In this document: in pieces, positions 25,841 to 38,355 of the stretch | How positions within the stretch are numbered: position 1 is the first letter of the stretch | Layout of the letters: the number at the start of each line of letters is the position of its first letter | NCBI GenBank assembly: GCA_047967505.1 | Contig: CM106538.1 | From: Dipteris shenzhenensis | Taxonomy: Eukaryota | DNA length: 64,000 nucleotides | Strand: one strand, 5' to 3' | Program-made: the position numbers and the translations under genes | The notes under the pieces: generated by a model | Database searches by the model: none | Seen by the model: the letters and a program-made list of their open reading frames with translations, nothing else | Told to the model about the DNA's origin: nothing

Positions 25841-25869
25841 TTCACCTACGGGTGGACATTGAGGGGGGG

Positions 25870-25998
25870 TGTTAGATATGGTCAATGCCCCACCCTCCTA
25901 GTAACCACCAGTGGTCCAAGGTGCTCAAGTTGTAAGGACCCCATATGAGGAGAAGGCATGTGTGAGCCCGGGACACTGGATGGATCTTGACTTGCATG
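25870..25998 (+). repeat. First 129 bp of Copia C 3' LTR
   Basis: Follows PPT gaggggggg (25861-25869); matches the starts at 26321 and 40120. Confidence 0.88.
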
Positions 25999-26002
25999 GA
26001 CC

Positions 26003-26320
26003 ACCCAAGTTTGATTAAAATTCTAGGATGTGGCATGGGCATGCATGGCCATGGTAGTGATGAGAATATGCTTTCATAGTTACAAAATTGACCAAATCTT
26101 ACTTTGAAATTGAAAAAAATGATGTGTCAAGATTATGTGAGCCATAGTGGCAATAATAAGATAGAGCAAAAGTCTTAAAGTTGGCCCCGATTCAATTCTT
26201 AATTAAAGATGTGGTACACGGGAGAGTTTGAACCATGATGCTACTAAGCGCATGTTTTTAGAGTTTTGAAATTGACCCAAGCTCGATTTTTAATTTAAAT
26301 ATGTTATATGTAGATGAGAG
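26003..26320. repeat. Duplicate of the flank 39805-40119
   Basis: acccaagtttgattaaaattctagg...tagatgagag present at both sites. Confidence 0.92.
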
Positions 26321-26964
26321 TGTTAGATATGCTCAATGCCCCACCCTCCTAGTAACCACCAGTGGTCCAAGGTGCTCAAGTTGTTAGGCCCCCATATGAG
26401 GAGAAGCCATGTGTGAGCTTGGGACACTGGATGGATCCTGACTTGCATGTCAGATGAGGTCTATCGATGAGACCGTTGATGGTAGAAAGGTGATTGTGTG
26501 GGAGCCCCTTATTCTTACTGGGGCTTGGGGGCCAGCGGCCCTCTTGGTGGGGGTTTGGGGGCAAAAGCCCCCGAGACAACCATATAGGGAATATTCCGTG
26601 AATATTCCATGGACAACTAGTCAGTTCCATTGACTAGGTTGACTGTTCGGCTTCACCGACTACGTTGATTGGTCGGCTCCACCAACTACGTTGATCCGAC
26701 TACCGCCCTCATACCTATAAAGAGGTGACCTCTCTAGTCCATTGTACCAGATCAGATCTTCCAGCATAGATCTTCCAGCTAGTAGCTCTTCACCTAGTAT
26801 CTATCTAGATCACCATCTAAGCTCCATTGTGGGAGCGCACGGGTGGACGGAGCCATCATCTGTACTACATCAGTATTGAAGGAAAATTTTGGTTCATCTC
26901 CAGTTTGCTATGTACTCTCTATTCTTTGTTCAGTTTATGTTCTACTGTGCCATGTAATTTAACA
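26321..26964 (+). repeat. Complete Copia C LTR (644 bp)
   Basis: tgttag...ttaaca; flanked by gagag/gagaa (TSD with 1 mismatch). Confidence 0.85.
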
Positions 26965-27355
26965 GAGAAAGCCAAAGTGTTACGAGCGCAAGTCTTTAGA
27001 GGTTAGAAGTCACCCAAGGCCTATTTCTAAGAAAAAGATCAAGTTGCAAATTTTTCTAAACAAGGACAGAGGGGTCAAGTTGTAATCCAATTATGTGATG
27101 TATGGGAATGTAAGTGAGTTATTGTGTTTGCAAAAGGAAGCCTTTAGAGTTTTGAAATAAAGGTTGATTTGCAAGAAAAAGATGTACATATGAGAATGTG
27201 TTCAAGCTCTAATAGTACTAGAAATTAAAAAAATCCTTCTCACCAAATTGAAATGTTTTGTGGTACATTCCAGCTCTGCTTTCAACTTTTCCAAATCAGC
27301 TAACAATTCATCTTGCATGGTGCTACTAGCATTTTTTAGTTTGGTATGAACTTAG

Positions 27356-30300
27356 TGTGAAGATAGTGGGAGAGAGGGAAGGAGTCTCACTTGCGGCTTT
27401 CTCACATACACAATGGGGGAATACACACAAAGGTGGAGACTGAAAATAGTTTTTCTCTTCTTAGTTGTGAAAGCCAAAAGAACTCTAGTACAAAGAAATA
27501 GAAGAACCCTATATGTGGGTCTCAAACCAAACTCAGCTAACTAAGGTGGCATACTAACTGAGCCACGAACTAGAGTACATAAGGATAGCTGTCATCCAGC
27601 TATTATTCATGAGCGGTGTACCAACCGCATGTGCAGCTAATAAGTCAATCACATAAATGCACAACGGTCACCCTGGCATATTACGAGTGGAGCTCGATAT
27701 CTCAACACTCCCCCTTGAGCTCAATCCCAATTCCTACACACCAAGCAGGTCTCTAAACTTGCATAGCTTCTCTGTGCCCAATGCCTTCGTAAATATGTCA
27801 GCTACCTGATCCTCTATGCTGACATAAACTAGAGCAATAAGACCTAGTAAAACCTTCTCTTGCACATAGTGATAATGCACCTCAATGTGCTTTGTTCTAG
27901 CATGATAGACTAGGTTATTTGCCAAGTGTATACTGCTCATGTTGTCACAATAAATGACAATTGGCCCATCTGTAGACTGATGCATATCATAAAGTAGCTT
28001 ATGCAACCAAGCTACCTCACATGCAACCATTGCTGCACCCCTGTACTCAGCCTCTATGCTCAACAAGGCAACTGTAGGCTATTTCTTGCTGCTCCAAGTT
28101 ACTGCAGCACTCCCAAAAGAGAACACACATCCACTGGTAGATCGTCTATCAGAAATACTACCAGCCCAATCAGCATCAGTGTATCCATGCAACTGTATTT
28201 GAACCCTAGCCTCATAAAATAGTCCATAATGCAATGTGGACTTCACATACCTGAGTATGTGTCTAGCTGCATCCAAATGCGGTTTCCTTGGAGCCTGCAT
28301 AAACTGACTTACCAATCCAATAGCATAGCTCAAATCTAGCCTAGTAATAGTCATATAAATCAAACTTCCTACTATGCGTCTGTACATAGTAGGGTCTTCC
28401 AGAAGCTCACCTGCATCTGCGCTCAGCTTCACATTCTGCTCGAAAGGAACTGAAATAGGCTTACAGCCTGTCATCCCATATTTGGATAGCATGTCCAATC
28501 CATACTGCCTCTGCAAGAGCTGTATCCCACTTGGTGATCTAATCACCTCAATGCGCAAGAAATAATGCAGCTCTCCCAAATCATTCATCTCAAACTTCTA
28601 CTTCAATAGCATTTTCACATGAAGGATATCTTCATCACTATCACCTGTGATGATCAAATCATCAACATAAATGACAAGCAGCATAATACCTTTCTCTGTT
28701 TTTCTCACATAAAGTGAGAAATCTACCTTGGAAATCTGAAAGCCAATAGTGACAAGATACTATCCTATCTTGTCAGACCATGCTCTAGGTGCTTGCTTCA
28801 AGCCATATAAGGCTTTCTTCAACCTGCAAACAAACTCAAGATGAACAGCATGAACATAACCTGTGGTGGCTGCTCCATAAAGACCTCTTCTTGCAAATCA
28901 CCATGCAAGAACGCATTCTTTACTTCCGTGTGATGTAAAGACCATCCCTTTGATGCAGCCATAGCAATGACTACTCTTACGATTGCCATCCTTGCAACCG
29001 GACTGAATGTTTCTTCATAATCAATGCCATATGTCTGTGCATACCCCTTGACAACTAATCTTGCCTTGTATCTGTTCACAGAACTATCTGCATTGTGCTT
29101 CACCTTATAAACCCACTTATAGCCAATTGCATTATTGTCTTTAGGCAAAGGCACCAATTCCCATGTAGCATTTGCTTCCAAGGCATCCATTTCTTCATCC
29201 ATGGCTTTCTCCCATTTTTCTTTTCCTATGGCTTGCTCAAAAGAAGTGGGTTCTGGTTCCTGTATCACTTTGACCATATAGGCATAGTGAATGGCTGTAA
29301 ATCCATCATATTTCAGCCTATCCATAGGATACCTAGCTCTGGTAGACCTGTGCAAAATAGGCTCACTTCTAGGTGCTTTCAAAACATCCTTGGTCTTCCT
29401 TACTCCAGGTGTAACAACAGAAGGAATACCCAACTCATCATCAATGCTCTGTTCTGAGCCATTGGATTCACCGTCGACATAAGAGTGACCTGCATTCACA
29501 TCAAACATGGGCTGATATACCTTCTCTTTTCCTTTTCGTGATACCTGCATACCACTATCTGCATTGCTTTGAGGAGATTCTCCTGATCTCAATCTGCCTG
29601 TCCATGGCAAAGTATGTGAACCACTGCTAGAGGACACTGCAGGTCCACTAATATTTTGTGATTGCTGTTGCGAATTCTGTGCAGCATTACCATTTTGTGC
29701 ATCTACATCAATCATCACATTTACTGGTTTATACCAGCTGCTCATCTCATCAAAAACAACATCTCTACTCACTGTAAACTTACGAGTAGAAGGGTTATAG
29801 CATCTATACCCTTTCTGCTGTAGAGAATAACCAATAAAGATGCACTTCCCAGCTTTTGGATCCAACTTGGACCTCAACTCATCTGGTACATGAACATAGG
29901 CAATGCAACCAAAAATTTTCAAATGAGAAATATCTGGTTTCCTACTAGTATACATCTCCTCTGGCATCATGCCATGTATTGCTGCAGTGGGAGTCCTGTT
30001 CATTATGTAAACTGCTGTAGCAACTACTTTAATCTGGTAGGTCTTTTTCATTTAGCATGGCCCGAGATACCTCTCCAATATGCCTGTTTTTCCTTTCTGC
30101 AAGTCCATTTTGCTGTGGGGTATGACTGCATGAATATTGCTGCTTTATGCCATGCTCCTGTAGGAACTTTGCAAACTCATTTGAGAGGTACTCTCCCCCT
30201 CCATCTAACCTTAGGCATTTTATTTGCAGGCCTATTTCTTTTTCAACCATAGCTTTAAAAGCTTTGAAATGCCCAAACACTTCACTTTTCTTTTTCATAA

Positions 30301-32450
30301 AATGCACCCAAACTTTTCTAATGTAGTCATCAATAAAAGTGACAAAATAATGACAGCCTCCAATAGATGCAGCTTTAGTAGTCCACACATTAGTGTGGAT
30401 TAATTCCAATGGCTTCTTACTCTCTTGAACATGCCTAGGAAAAGGTTTCCTTGCCTGTTTTCTAAATTGATAGGCTTCACATACCTTATGCATTTCTGCA
30501 ACCTTGAATTTAGGCAATCCTGCAACAATATTTTGGGCCTGCATTAATTTAGGTTGTTGTACATTAACATGACCAATGCGTTTATGCCAGATATCAATAT
30601 CTACAACAACACCGGTCCCATGTGCAAACATTGCTGCACTCAATTCAGGCATGTCCACGTCCAGCGTAAACATCCTGCCCTTCTTCTTTCCTTTTGCTAT
30701 CAAGCAACCGTTATTTTTCATATCCTCAACAAAGCATCCATGAGGATTAAATCTGACCTACAAGCCGGCCTGCTCAACCATTTGACCAACAGAAACTAGG
30801 TTCTTGGTGATATTCGGGACATGAAATACATCAGACAGGTATTTCTTTTTCCCATCTTGCATAAACAAAGGAATTTTACCAATCTGCACAATAGGATGTG
30901 TAGTATCATCACCAGTCTCCACAAATCCTGGTTTTTTCATTTTCCTTGCATCCTGCATCCATTCTGCATGACCTGTCATGTGGTTTGACGCACCTGAGTC
31001 AACATACCACACATCATTTCGCTCTTTTGTACTTGTCACAGAATTGGTCATGTGCTACACCATAAATAGATGCTCATTTCTATCATCACCCTGTCTACTA
31101 GAAGATGCATAATTGCCTTGCTGCAATTTTCCATTCATAATGTCATTATGCTTTTTGTAGCAGTCTTTAGCCATATGACCCATTTTACCATAATAGTAGC
31201 ATTCAACTTTGTTGTTTGCATTTTGGCCTCTCTGCTATCCACCATGATCTCTTTGGCTCCCCCTGCCTCTAGAGTTACCACGTCCTCCTCCAAAGGACTG
31301 TTTTTCTTGAGTTTGCTGCATATTCTGATTTCTACCATGGCCTCCAGATCGGCCTCCTCTACCTCTACCTCTACCTCTTCCAGCATTTGAGTAGAAGATA
31401 GTTTCTTTTAAAGTTCCTCCTGAAGAAGATGCACCACCATTTCTCTGCTCTTCAGAAATTAGAAGAGCAAAGAACTCCTCAAAATCAGGAAATTTTTCAC
31501 GGACGACAATGGATGTCCGGAACTGTGCATAATCCTTTCTTAGACCATTCAAGGTCACAGAAACTAGATCATCATCTTCCACTGGTGACCCAATGGAAGC
31601 AAGTGCATCTGCAATTTTCTTCACCTTCATGTGGTAGTCATTCATGCTCATATTTTCTCTCTGCACATTGTGCAACTCCTGCTTGAGCTGCATTTTCCTG
31701 GCTTGCATATTTGTGCTGTACATTTTTGCCAAAGTATCCCATGCCTCCTTTGGCATACTTGCATCCTGAATATGCACAATCATAGAATCCGAAGTACTGA
31801 TAGACAGCCAGTACATAGCTTTTCTGGCTCTCTCATGCCATCCTTTAAATGCCTACATTTCCTGTTGATTGGGAGCATTAGGAAGAACTGGTTCTTCATT
31901 TCCCATAAGGAAATTCGTCATTCTAAACTTCCATGCTTGGAAGTTGTTCTTGTCAAGCTTTTCAGTGACAATCTGTGAAAGAGAATCAGACGCCATTATA
32001 GAACACTGCAAAATATTCTGTCACTGTAAAGAACACAGCTTCTGCCTCACACGAGCAAATCTGCAAAACTGACGAAAGTGGTATTTGACCACACAGTCAC
32101 TTCCTAGTGATGATTTTGCATCAACAGGCAGTAAGGATGATTCTGTAATCCTAGTATCTCTGCGCATAGGCATATGATGCAATTTCTGCGGCAACTTTTC
32201 ACCGACCTGCAAAGCAATGGTCACACAGCAAAAACAGGGCCTTTTTCTGAGTGCCTGCGAAGAACTTTTGTCTTCAAAACGGGCCCCGAAATGGCCTCGA
32301 ATAAGAAAATTAAAGTCACCAAGGGCTTTGCCCTGTCCCGCAGCATATACTGCCCTCTCACCATACCACGAAGGGCGTCTCAATCTGAGACAGTGCACTC
32401 TTGCATCACCTGCCACCTCAGCTACCCAATCAACAATGCCAGCTAGGCAC
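27356..32450 (-). mobile_element. Copia E: 3' LTR (27356-27707), PPT, full decayed gag-pol; 5' LTR missing
   Basis: LTR tgtgaag...ctcaaca followed by ctccccctt; coding region below. Confidence 0.85.
27734..31996 (-). pseudogene. Copia E gag-protease-integrase-RT-RNase H
   Basis: [81 protein letters not shown]; multiple stops. Confidence 0.95.
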
Positions 32451-33140
32451 CCCTACCTCCTGCCAAGAACGCTGTGCACACTACATGTGACCACACCTAC
32501 CACATCATCAGAGTGCTCCACAGGCATACCCATTGCTAGGCACAGTCACTGCATGTGACATCCTGAGTGCCACATCATCACTGAGCACATTTGCACCCTT
32601 TTTGCCTGTCCACCTACATCAAGTCATATCTCTTGATCCAGGAAGAATTTGAGGACGCTCCAAAAAGAACTATGCGCTCCACATCACGTGCACATTTTGA
32701 GGTGCAGGCGACAAATCCGCACATCAGCCTCTAATCGATGCATCTGACCACCCAGCACCTAAAACGAACAAAGAAAAGGAATTATTTGTTGCTTTTTCAT
32801 CGCTCGACGGTTGGTCTAGATCTAGTTTAGAGTAGATTATATCATCCATAGCGGAGAGAACTCAAAAGCAGCCAATCGAAGCCATGCCAAAAATTCCTAA
32901 AAAGTTCATACTCAGAGTCAGTCCCAGCACTCACATGCAGTTTCTCATCATCATATTACGTGAAGCCTAACATTCCACAGTTCAGTGAGAAGACTTCAGA
33001 GTGTTCAAAGACATTGATTGATTGTTTAGTTGGCAAATAGCACATTATTTGATTTCACACATACATGCCATCATTGTAAAGCCTATTTGGCTATTTCACG
33101 GCATTGTGCACATCAATTCAAGCCTTGTAAAGTCTCTTGG

Positions 33141-33287
33141 TGTTAGAGCTATATATAGCTTTCCCTAACTCAGCCTAGTCCTCAACTATATATATGCCTA
33201 TGATCTATGAATAGAATCCCTGCCTTGGGAGCAACTCTTGTGTCCATCTCTCTTCTCTTTCTCTTCCTCTCAACATTGTATCAAAGC
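33141..33287 (+). mobile_element. Short (135 bp) LTR plus decayed iMet PBS; TRIM- or Copia-like fragment
   Basis: tgttagag...ctctcaaca (33141-33275) followed by ttgtatcaaagc; starts exactly where homology to 48961 stops. Confidence 0.6.
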
Positions 33288-33559
33288 CTGGCTACACTCT
33301 CGCATGACTGTGAGAAGATCTTTATGATCGTTTTGACTACTTGATCGCTAGGTTTTTAGTTGATATGCAAAAGTTATCAAAGATGAATTGCGAATCAACA
33401 CCATGATCATGATTGATGAAAATTGCCCGTGATGGCTTGTTCAAAGCGTATGCGCCAGTTATTTTGATTGGCTAGATCACTATATTCCGATTTCAAGTAA
33501 GAAAGTTATGGTTGATTCTTTTTGCTTCTTGCTATCAATAAACTTATGTCAGAGTATGA

Positions 33560-36500
33560 GGTCAAAATGCGAGAGTTGCAATCAACACAATTGTACGAGG
33601 GTGTTAGGATGTCTAAACTACGTGCTTGTCTCTCAATCTTGAATCTACAAGTAAAGTATGGGTGGTCGAATAAGTGTCTCAGCCTTAATGAGGTTAGCTC
33701 TTGCATTAATTTGACTCATTATTTGGATATTGTTTGTTTTGAGAATCATCATGTTTGTTTTAAGAAACATCATTTGGATAGTGTATACCGAATCATTATT
33801 GTTCGAAGCCTATGTATGTTTGAATTGTCATAGGTTGCTCCAGAAGATGTTGCCTGCACCAAATACCATGCTCGCATCAAGAGATGAAGCGAAAAAGATT
33901 CTAACAACGGTGGGTATGGATTATGATACCATCCATGCTTGCCGTAATGATTGTATTCTCTTTCGTCGTGAGCATGGAGATTTGGCTAGTTGTCCAAAGT
34001 GTGGGGACCAATGATATAGAGATGACTTGCAAGGTGAGCAGATACCGGTAAAGGTCTTGAGACACTTTCCCATCATTGCAAGAATACAACACATGTTTTG
34101 ATGCAAATCCATAGCGGAGTTGATGACATGGCATGCATCTCATTGGTCCAACAATGACACATTGAGGATTCCCGCAGATTGTGCAGCTTGGAAGCACATA
34201 GATAATCAGTGGTCGGACTTTGCGAGGGAGCCACGCAACTTACATCTTGGGCTCACGATGGATGGCGTGAATCCTTTTGGGTTACGCTCGACATCCTGGT
34301 CGACATGGCCCACAGTCGTGGTGAATTACAATATCCCACCATGGCTAACAATAAAAAAGGGACACCTCATTCTTGCACTACTTGTGCCAGGAAAGTACAA
34401 GACAAAAAATATGGACGTGTACATGGCACCTTTGATAGAGGAGTTATAGATATTATGGAGAGGAGTGCAGGTCTTTGATATTTCCAGAGCTCCTAGACAT
34501 ACTAATGATATTTTGGTCAGGGGTATCTTGATGTGGACCATGCATGACTACCCATTATATGGAGAGTGCGCAGGTACGTGGTTGTGTCTCTACATGTATA
34601 ATGAGGGATTATGCTTTTATGACTCTCTTTCGCACGCATGTCTTATTCTAACACATTCATGCACGCATGCAGGACTTGTTGCAAGTGGGTACCATGCTTG
34701 TCCTGTTTGTGGATCGGGTTTGAAATCGCTTGCATGCTACTCCAAACATATGAGGAAAAATGTTTATGAAGATCATGCTCGATACCTTCCGCTCGACCAT
34801 CTTGCACGTGGAGGTCAGCTTGATCCACCACCATCACATTTGAAGGCAAGTGACTGGATTCAAGCTTGGAGGGTGAATGGAGAGGAACCTCCTCCTGATA
34901 TGAAGAGGCTATCGATCTTTCATGAGCTTCCTTATTGGGGTCAGTTACAAATCAATCATCTCTTGGATCCCATGCATATCTTCAAGAATGTGGGGGCTAC
35001 TATTTGGGCACACTTGGTTGGTTCCAAAGACTCGAGAGGAGTGCGAGAAGACTTGCGTGCTATGAATAGGATGTCTCGTTTGTGGCCCCAAGTGCATGCT
35101 TCGGGAAAAGTTATCCTCCTGAAAGCAACGTGGATCCTCTCTACGAGGGAGGAGGCAGCGATCAAGGCAGACATTGCCTCTTTTCAAACACTGATAGGGT
35201 ACATGCGTTGCTTGAAAGGAGCATTTTCAAAGGACAATAAGCTTAGTGGGCTCAAGTCCCATGATTGGCACAAGGTCTTACAGGTATTCTAAGTAGAATT
35301 AGTGTAACGATAATCGTGATGCATTAGCGTAATTACGATTCTGTTATATATTGTTGACATGACTTCTTTGTTGCTTTGATAGTTCATCCTCCCAATTACA
35401 ATAAAAGGGTGCTTACAAGAAGATGTTAGAAATGCTATATTCAAGATCTGTGGTATTGTGAGGTATGCTTACTATCAAATCGCATTGATTGCATTTTCTT
35501 CAATTTAAGCTTATTAATCTATAGACTGATTATGAAAATATCTTACATGGACATGTGAAATAGGTGGATATCTCAAAAAGAGATCTCCATATCGAGCATC
35601 GAGAAGGCTAGGGTGGAATCCATCGAAGCCGTAGGCTTGCTTGAGAAGTACTTTCCCTCGAGCATTATGACAACTCAAGTCCACTTGCTTGTGCACAGTT
35701 GATGAGGTGGCTATTGCAGGTACCATTCATAGTTGATGGATGTTTTTTCTCGAGCGGTTTATGAAAACTTTAAAGGGATTTGTAAGACAAAGAGCAAGAC
35801 CAGAAGCAAGCATGGCAGAGGGATGGCTTGTGCAAGAGTCATTAGTATATATCACAGAGTTTCTTGCATCCATGGATCCGATATGCCACAAGCTTAGCAT
35901 AACAAGGATGATGATCACATCGTTGGTGAGGTTCCTCAAGGAAAAGGGATTGAAAGAAAGATGAGCGAAGAGCAAATGGAGAAATTCAATAAGTTTTGTA
36001 TCCTGAATAGCCCTGAGATGTAGAAGTGGATTGAGAGATATGAAGTGGCCAAAGCAGAAAGAATAAATGCAAGGACGAGATTCAGAGTAATGTACAGGCG
36101 ATCGCAACCATATCCACGGGATCAAGCTCTTCTCCCCACTCACATGTCACTTGATTGGCTACAACTGGCTCTACGTAAAGCCGAACGTGATGGAGAGACA
36201 ATAAACGGGCGCAAGACAGAGTTATCAACTGGATGTATGTTGCATGTAAGTTTCTTACCTCTTGACGTAATTAAGTAATTATTTGTGGCAATATACGCTA
36301 TAAAATAGATGCATCTTCATTGTTTTAATGATGCTCTTTTACAGTACAAAAAGTACAGTGCATTATGGTCATATGGACGACATTTTCGCATGGAACGCAT
36401 CGATTCAAAGAGAGTCACGTATGATTGTGGAGTCATGGCTAACCTCACACAAGATAGCCGAGCAAGTGCTTCAGATACCAATCTTCTCTCCTCACAGTTG

Positions 36501-37251
36501 GATTATTGTGGAACCATATGATGCGATATCTATGAAGTTGATTTCAGACGATTTAGTATTTTCATTCTTGATGTAAAATGGTAGAACTATTTACAACGGT
36601 CCCCATGCGATAGTGAGAAAAGATAGTAGCGGTTTCTTTGCAACAGACTCCACCAAACATTGGACCCATGAAAGTGATACTTTTGTTCTTCCCGAGCACT
36701 GTGAGCAGGTGCATACTAATGATTTAATTAATCAAAGCTTTTGTTTTTAAAGATCCATTGATACATGTACTTGAGCATAATTTCATATATATATTTGACA
36801 ACATTTGGCACCCATCTTCAATATAGGTGGTTTTTCATCCGGATCGTTCTGATCCAAGATGGTGGTACATGATCCAAGTTGCACCATGAAGTAAGCAAAT
36901 TTTTAAAGATAGAGATGTGGATATGGAGATGCCACTACCAATGCCGGATCCAATTGTCCTGATGAATCTAGCGAAGAAGATGGAGATCACAATATGAGCC
37001 AAGAGGAAGATGTGCATAATGACATCGCACGGGAGGAAGATGGAGATCACGATATTGAGAAAGAAGACAACGATCATCAAGAATTGCCACACTTTATTGA
37101 AGAAGATGATCAAGTACTTTTAGGTGAACGTACGATGCTAGAGTACGATGATGATATAGGAGATCAACTCAGTATAGAGTTGGAGATAGACTTGTTTGGC
37201 ACCTTAGACTTGGCTCAAGATGAAACAATTGATGTAAATGCTCTTAATTGA
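33560..37251 (+). pseudogene. CACTA/En-Spm transposase (Transposase_21/Tnp2, DUF4218- and DUF4216-like), six introns
   Basis: IHACRNDCILF, ADCAAWKHID, LGLTMDGVNPF, YNIPPW, DPMHIFKN, GLKSHDWH, WMFFLERFMK, PEASMAEG; GT-AG introns rejoin the motifs. Confidence 0.93.
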
Positions 37252-37399
37252 TTTTTTTCATCTCAAACTTGGACATGAATATATGAGCTTCAAAGGCTTG
37301 ATGTACATGCTCTCATATTTTTATTCTCTATGAGATCAAACATGTATGAAAATTAAAAAAAATTTGTCATAAGGCCTATATGAGTAAAAAACCTCTCTG

Positions 37400-37594
37400 G
37401 AAAACGTCGCTATAAAATAGTATCTCAGTGTCGCTATATAGCGACTTTTGTAATAGTCGCTATATAGCGACGTTTATCTAATGTTGCTATATAGCGACGC
37501 TTTACGAGACGCACTTTTCATACCAACGATTAGCACCCCGTGCGCGCTAAACATCGGTATGTAAACATCGCAATAGGATCCGTGTGTAGTAGTG
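37400..37594 (+). mobile_element. CACTA 3' terminus with subterminal palindromic repeats
   Basis: Ends gtgtgtagtagtg (reverse complement CACTACTACACAC); repeated gtcgctatatagcgac motifs at ~37405-37500. Confidence 0.9.
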
Positions 37595-37751
37595 TATTTC
37601 TAATAATCTATGGAAAAATTAGCTACAAATCCTTCATCGTTGCCAATAGTTTTAATTTCATTAAACTACAATTAAATTACAATTGATTATTTTATAGGTA
37701 TTGCATTGAATTTTCTCTCTATATACAAAATTATGAATGTTCATAGATTAC

Positions 37752-38355
37752 GTTTGTATTGACAATGATCTCAGTCGACACTATTAAGCTCCTCTCTTCA
37801 CCCTATAGTTGTAGGGGCCTTTAGATTCAAAATACCCAGCCTACTAAAAGAGGTTATGGGAAGTTTTAGTTGTTCATATTTTTGAAGGACTTTTGAATTT
37901 GTCCCTCACAAGATTTCTTTTACAAATTGACATGGGTTCTAAATATTTTCTTTATTTATTATTCAAAAAGGTATTTAGAAAACGTAGAATAACAATTTAT
38001 GTAGAACAACAAGTTATCAAGGATGTGATGGGATATAAAAATAAAAAAGAAAATGTTTGTATTGACAATGATCTCAGTCGACACTATTAAGCTCCTCTCT
38101 TCACCCTATAGTTGTAGGGGCCTTTAGATTCAAAATATCCAGCCCGCTAAAAGAGGCTATGGGAAGTTTTAGTTGTTCATGTTTTTGAAGGACTTTTGAA
38201 TTGTCCCTCACAAGATTCCTTGTACAAATCGACCTGGGTTCTAAATATTTCCTTTATTTATTATTCAAAAAGGTATTTAGAAAACGTAGAATAACAATTT
38301 GTGTAGAACAACAAGTTATCAAGGATGTGATGGGATATAAAAATAAAAAAGAAAA
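37752..38355. repeat. Tandem duplication, 2 x ~303 bp
   Basis: gtttgtattgacaatgatctcagtcgac at 37752 and 38055. Confidence 0.92.
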
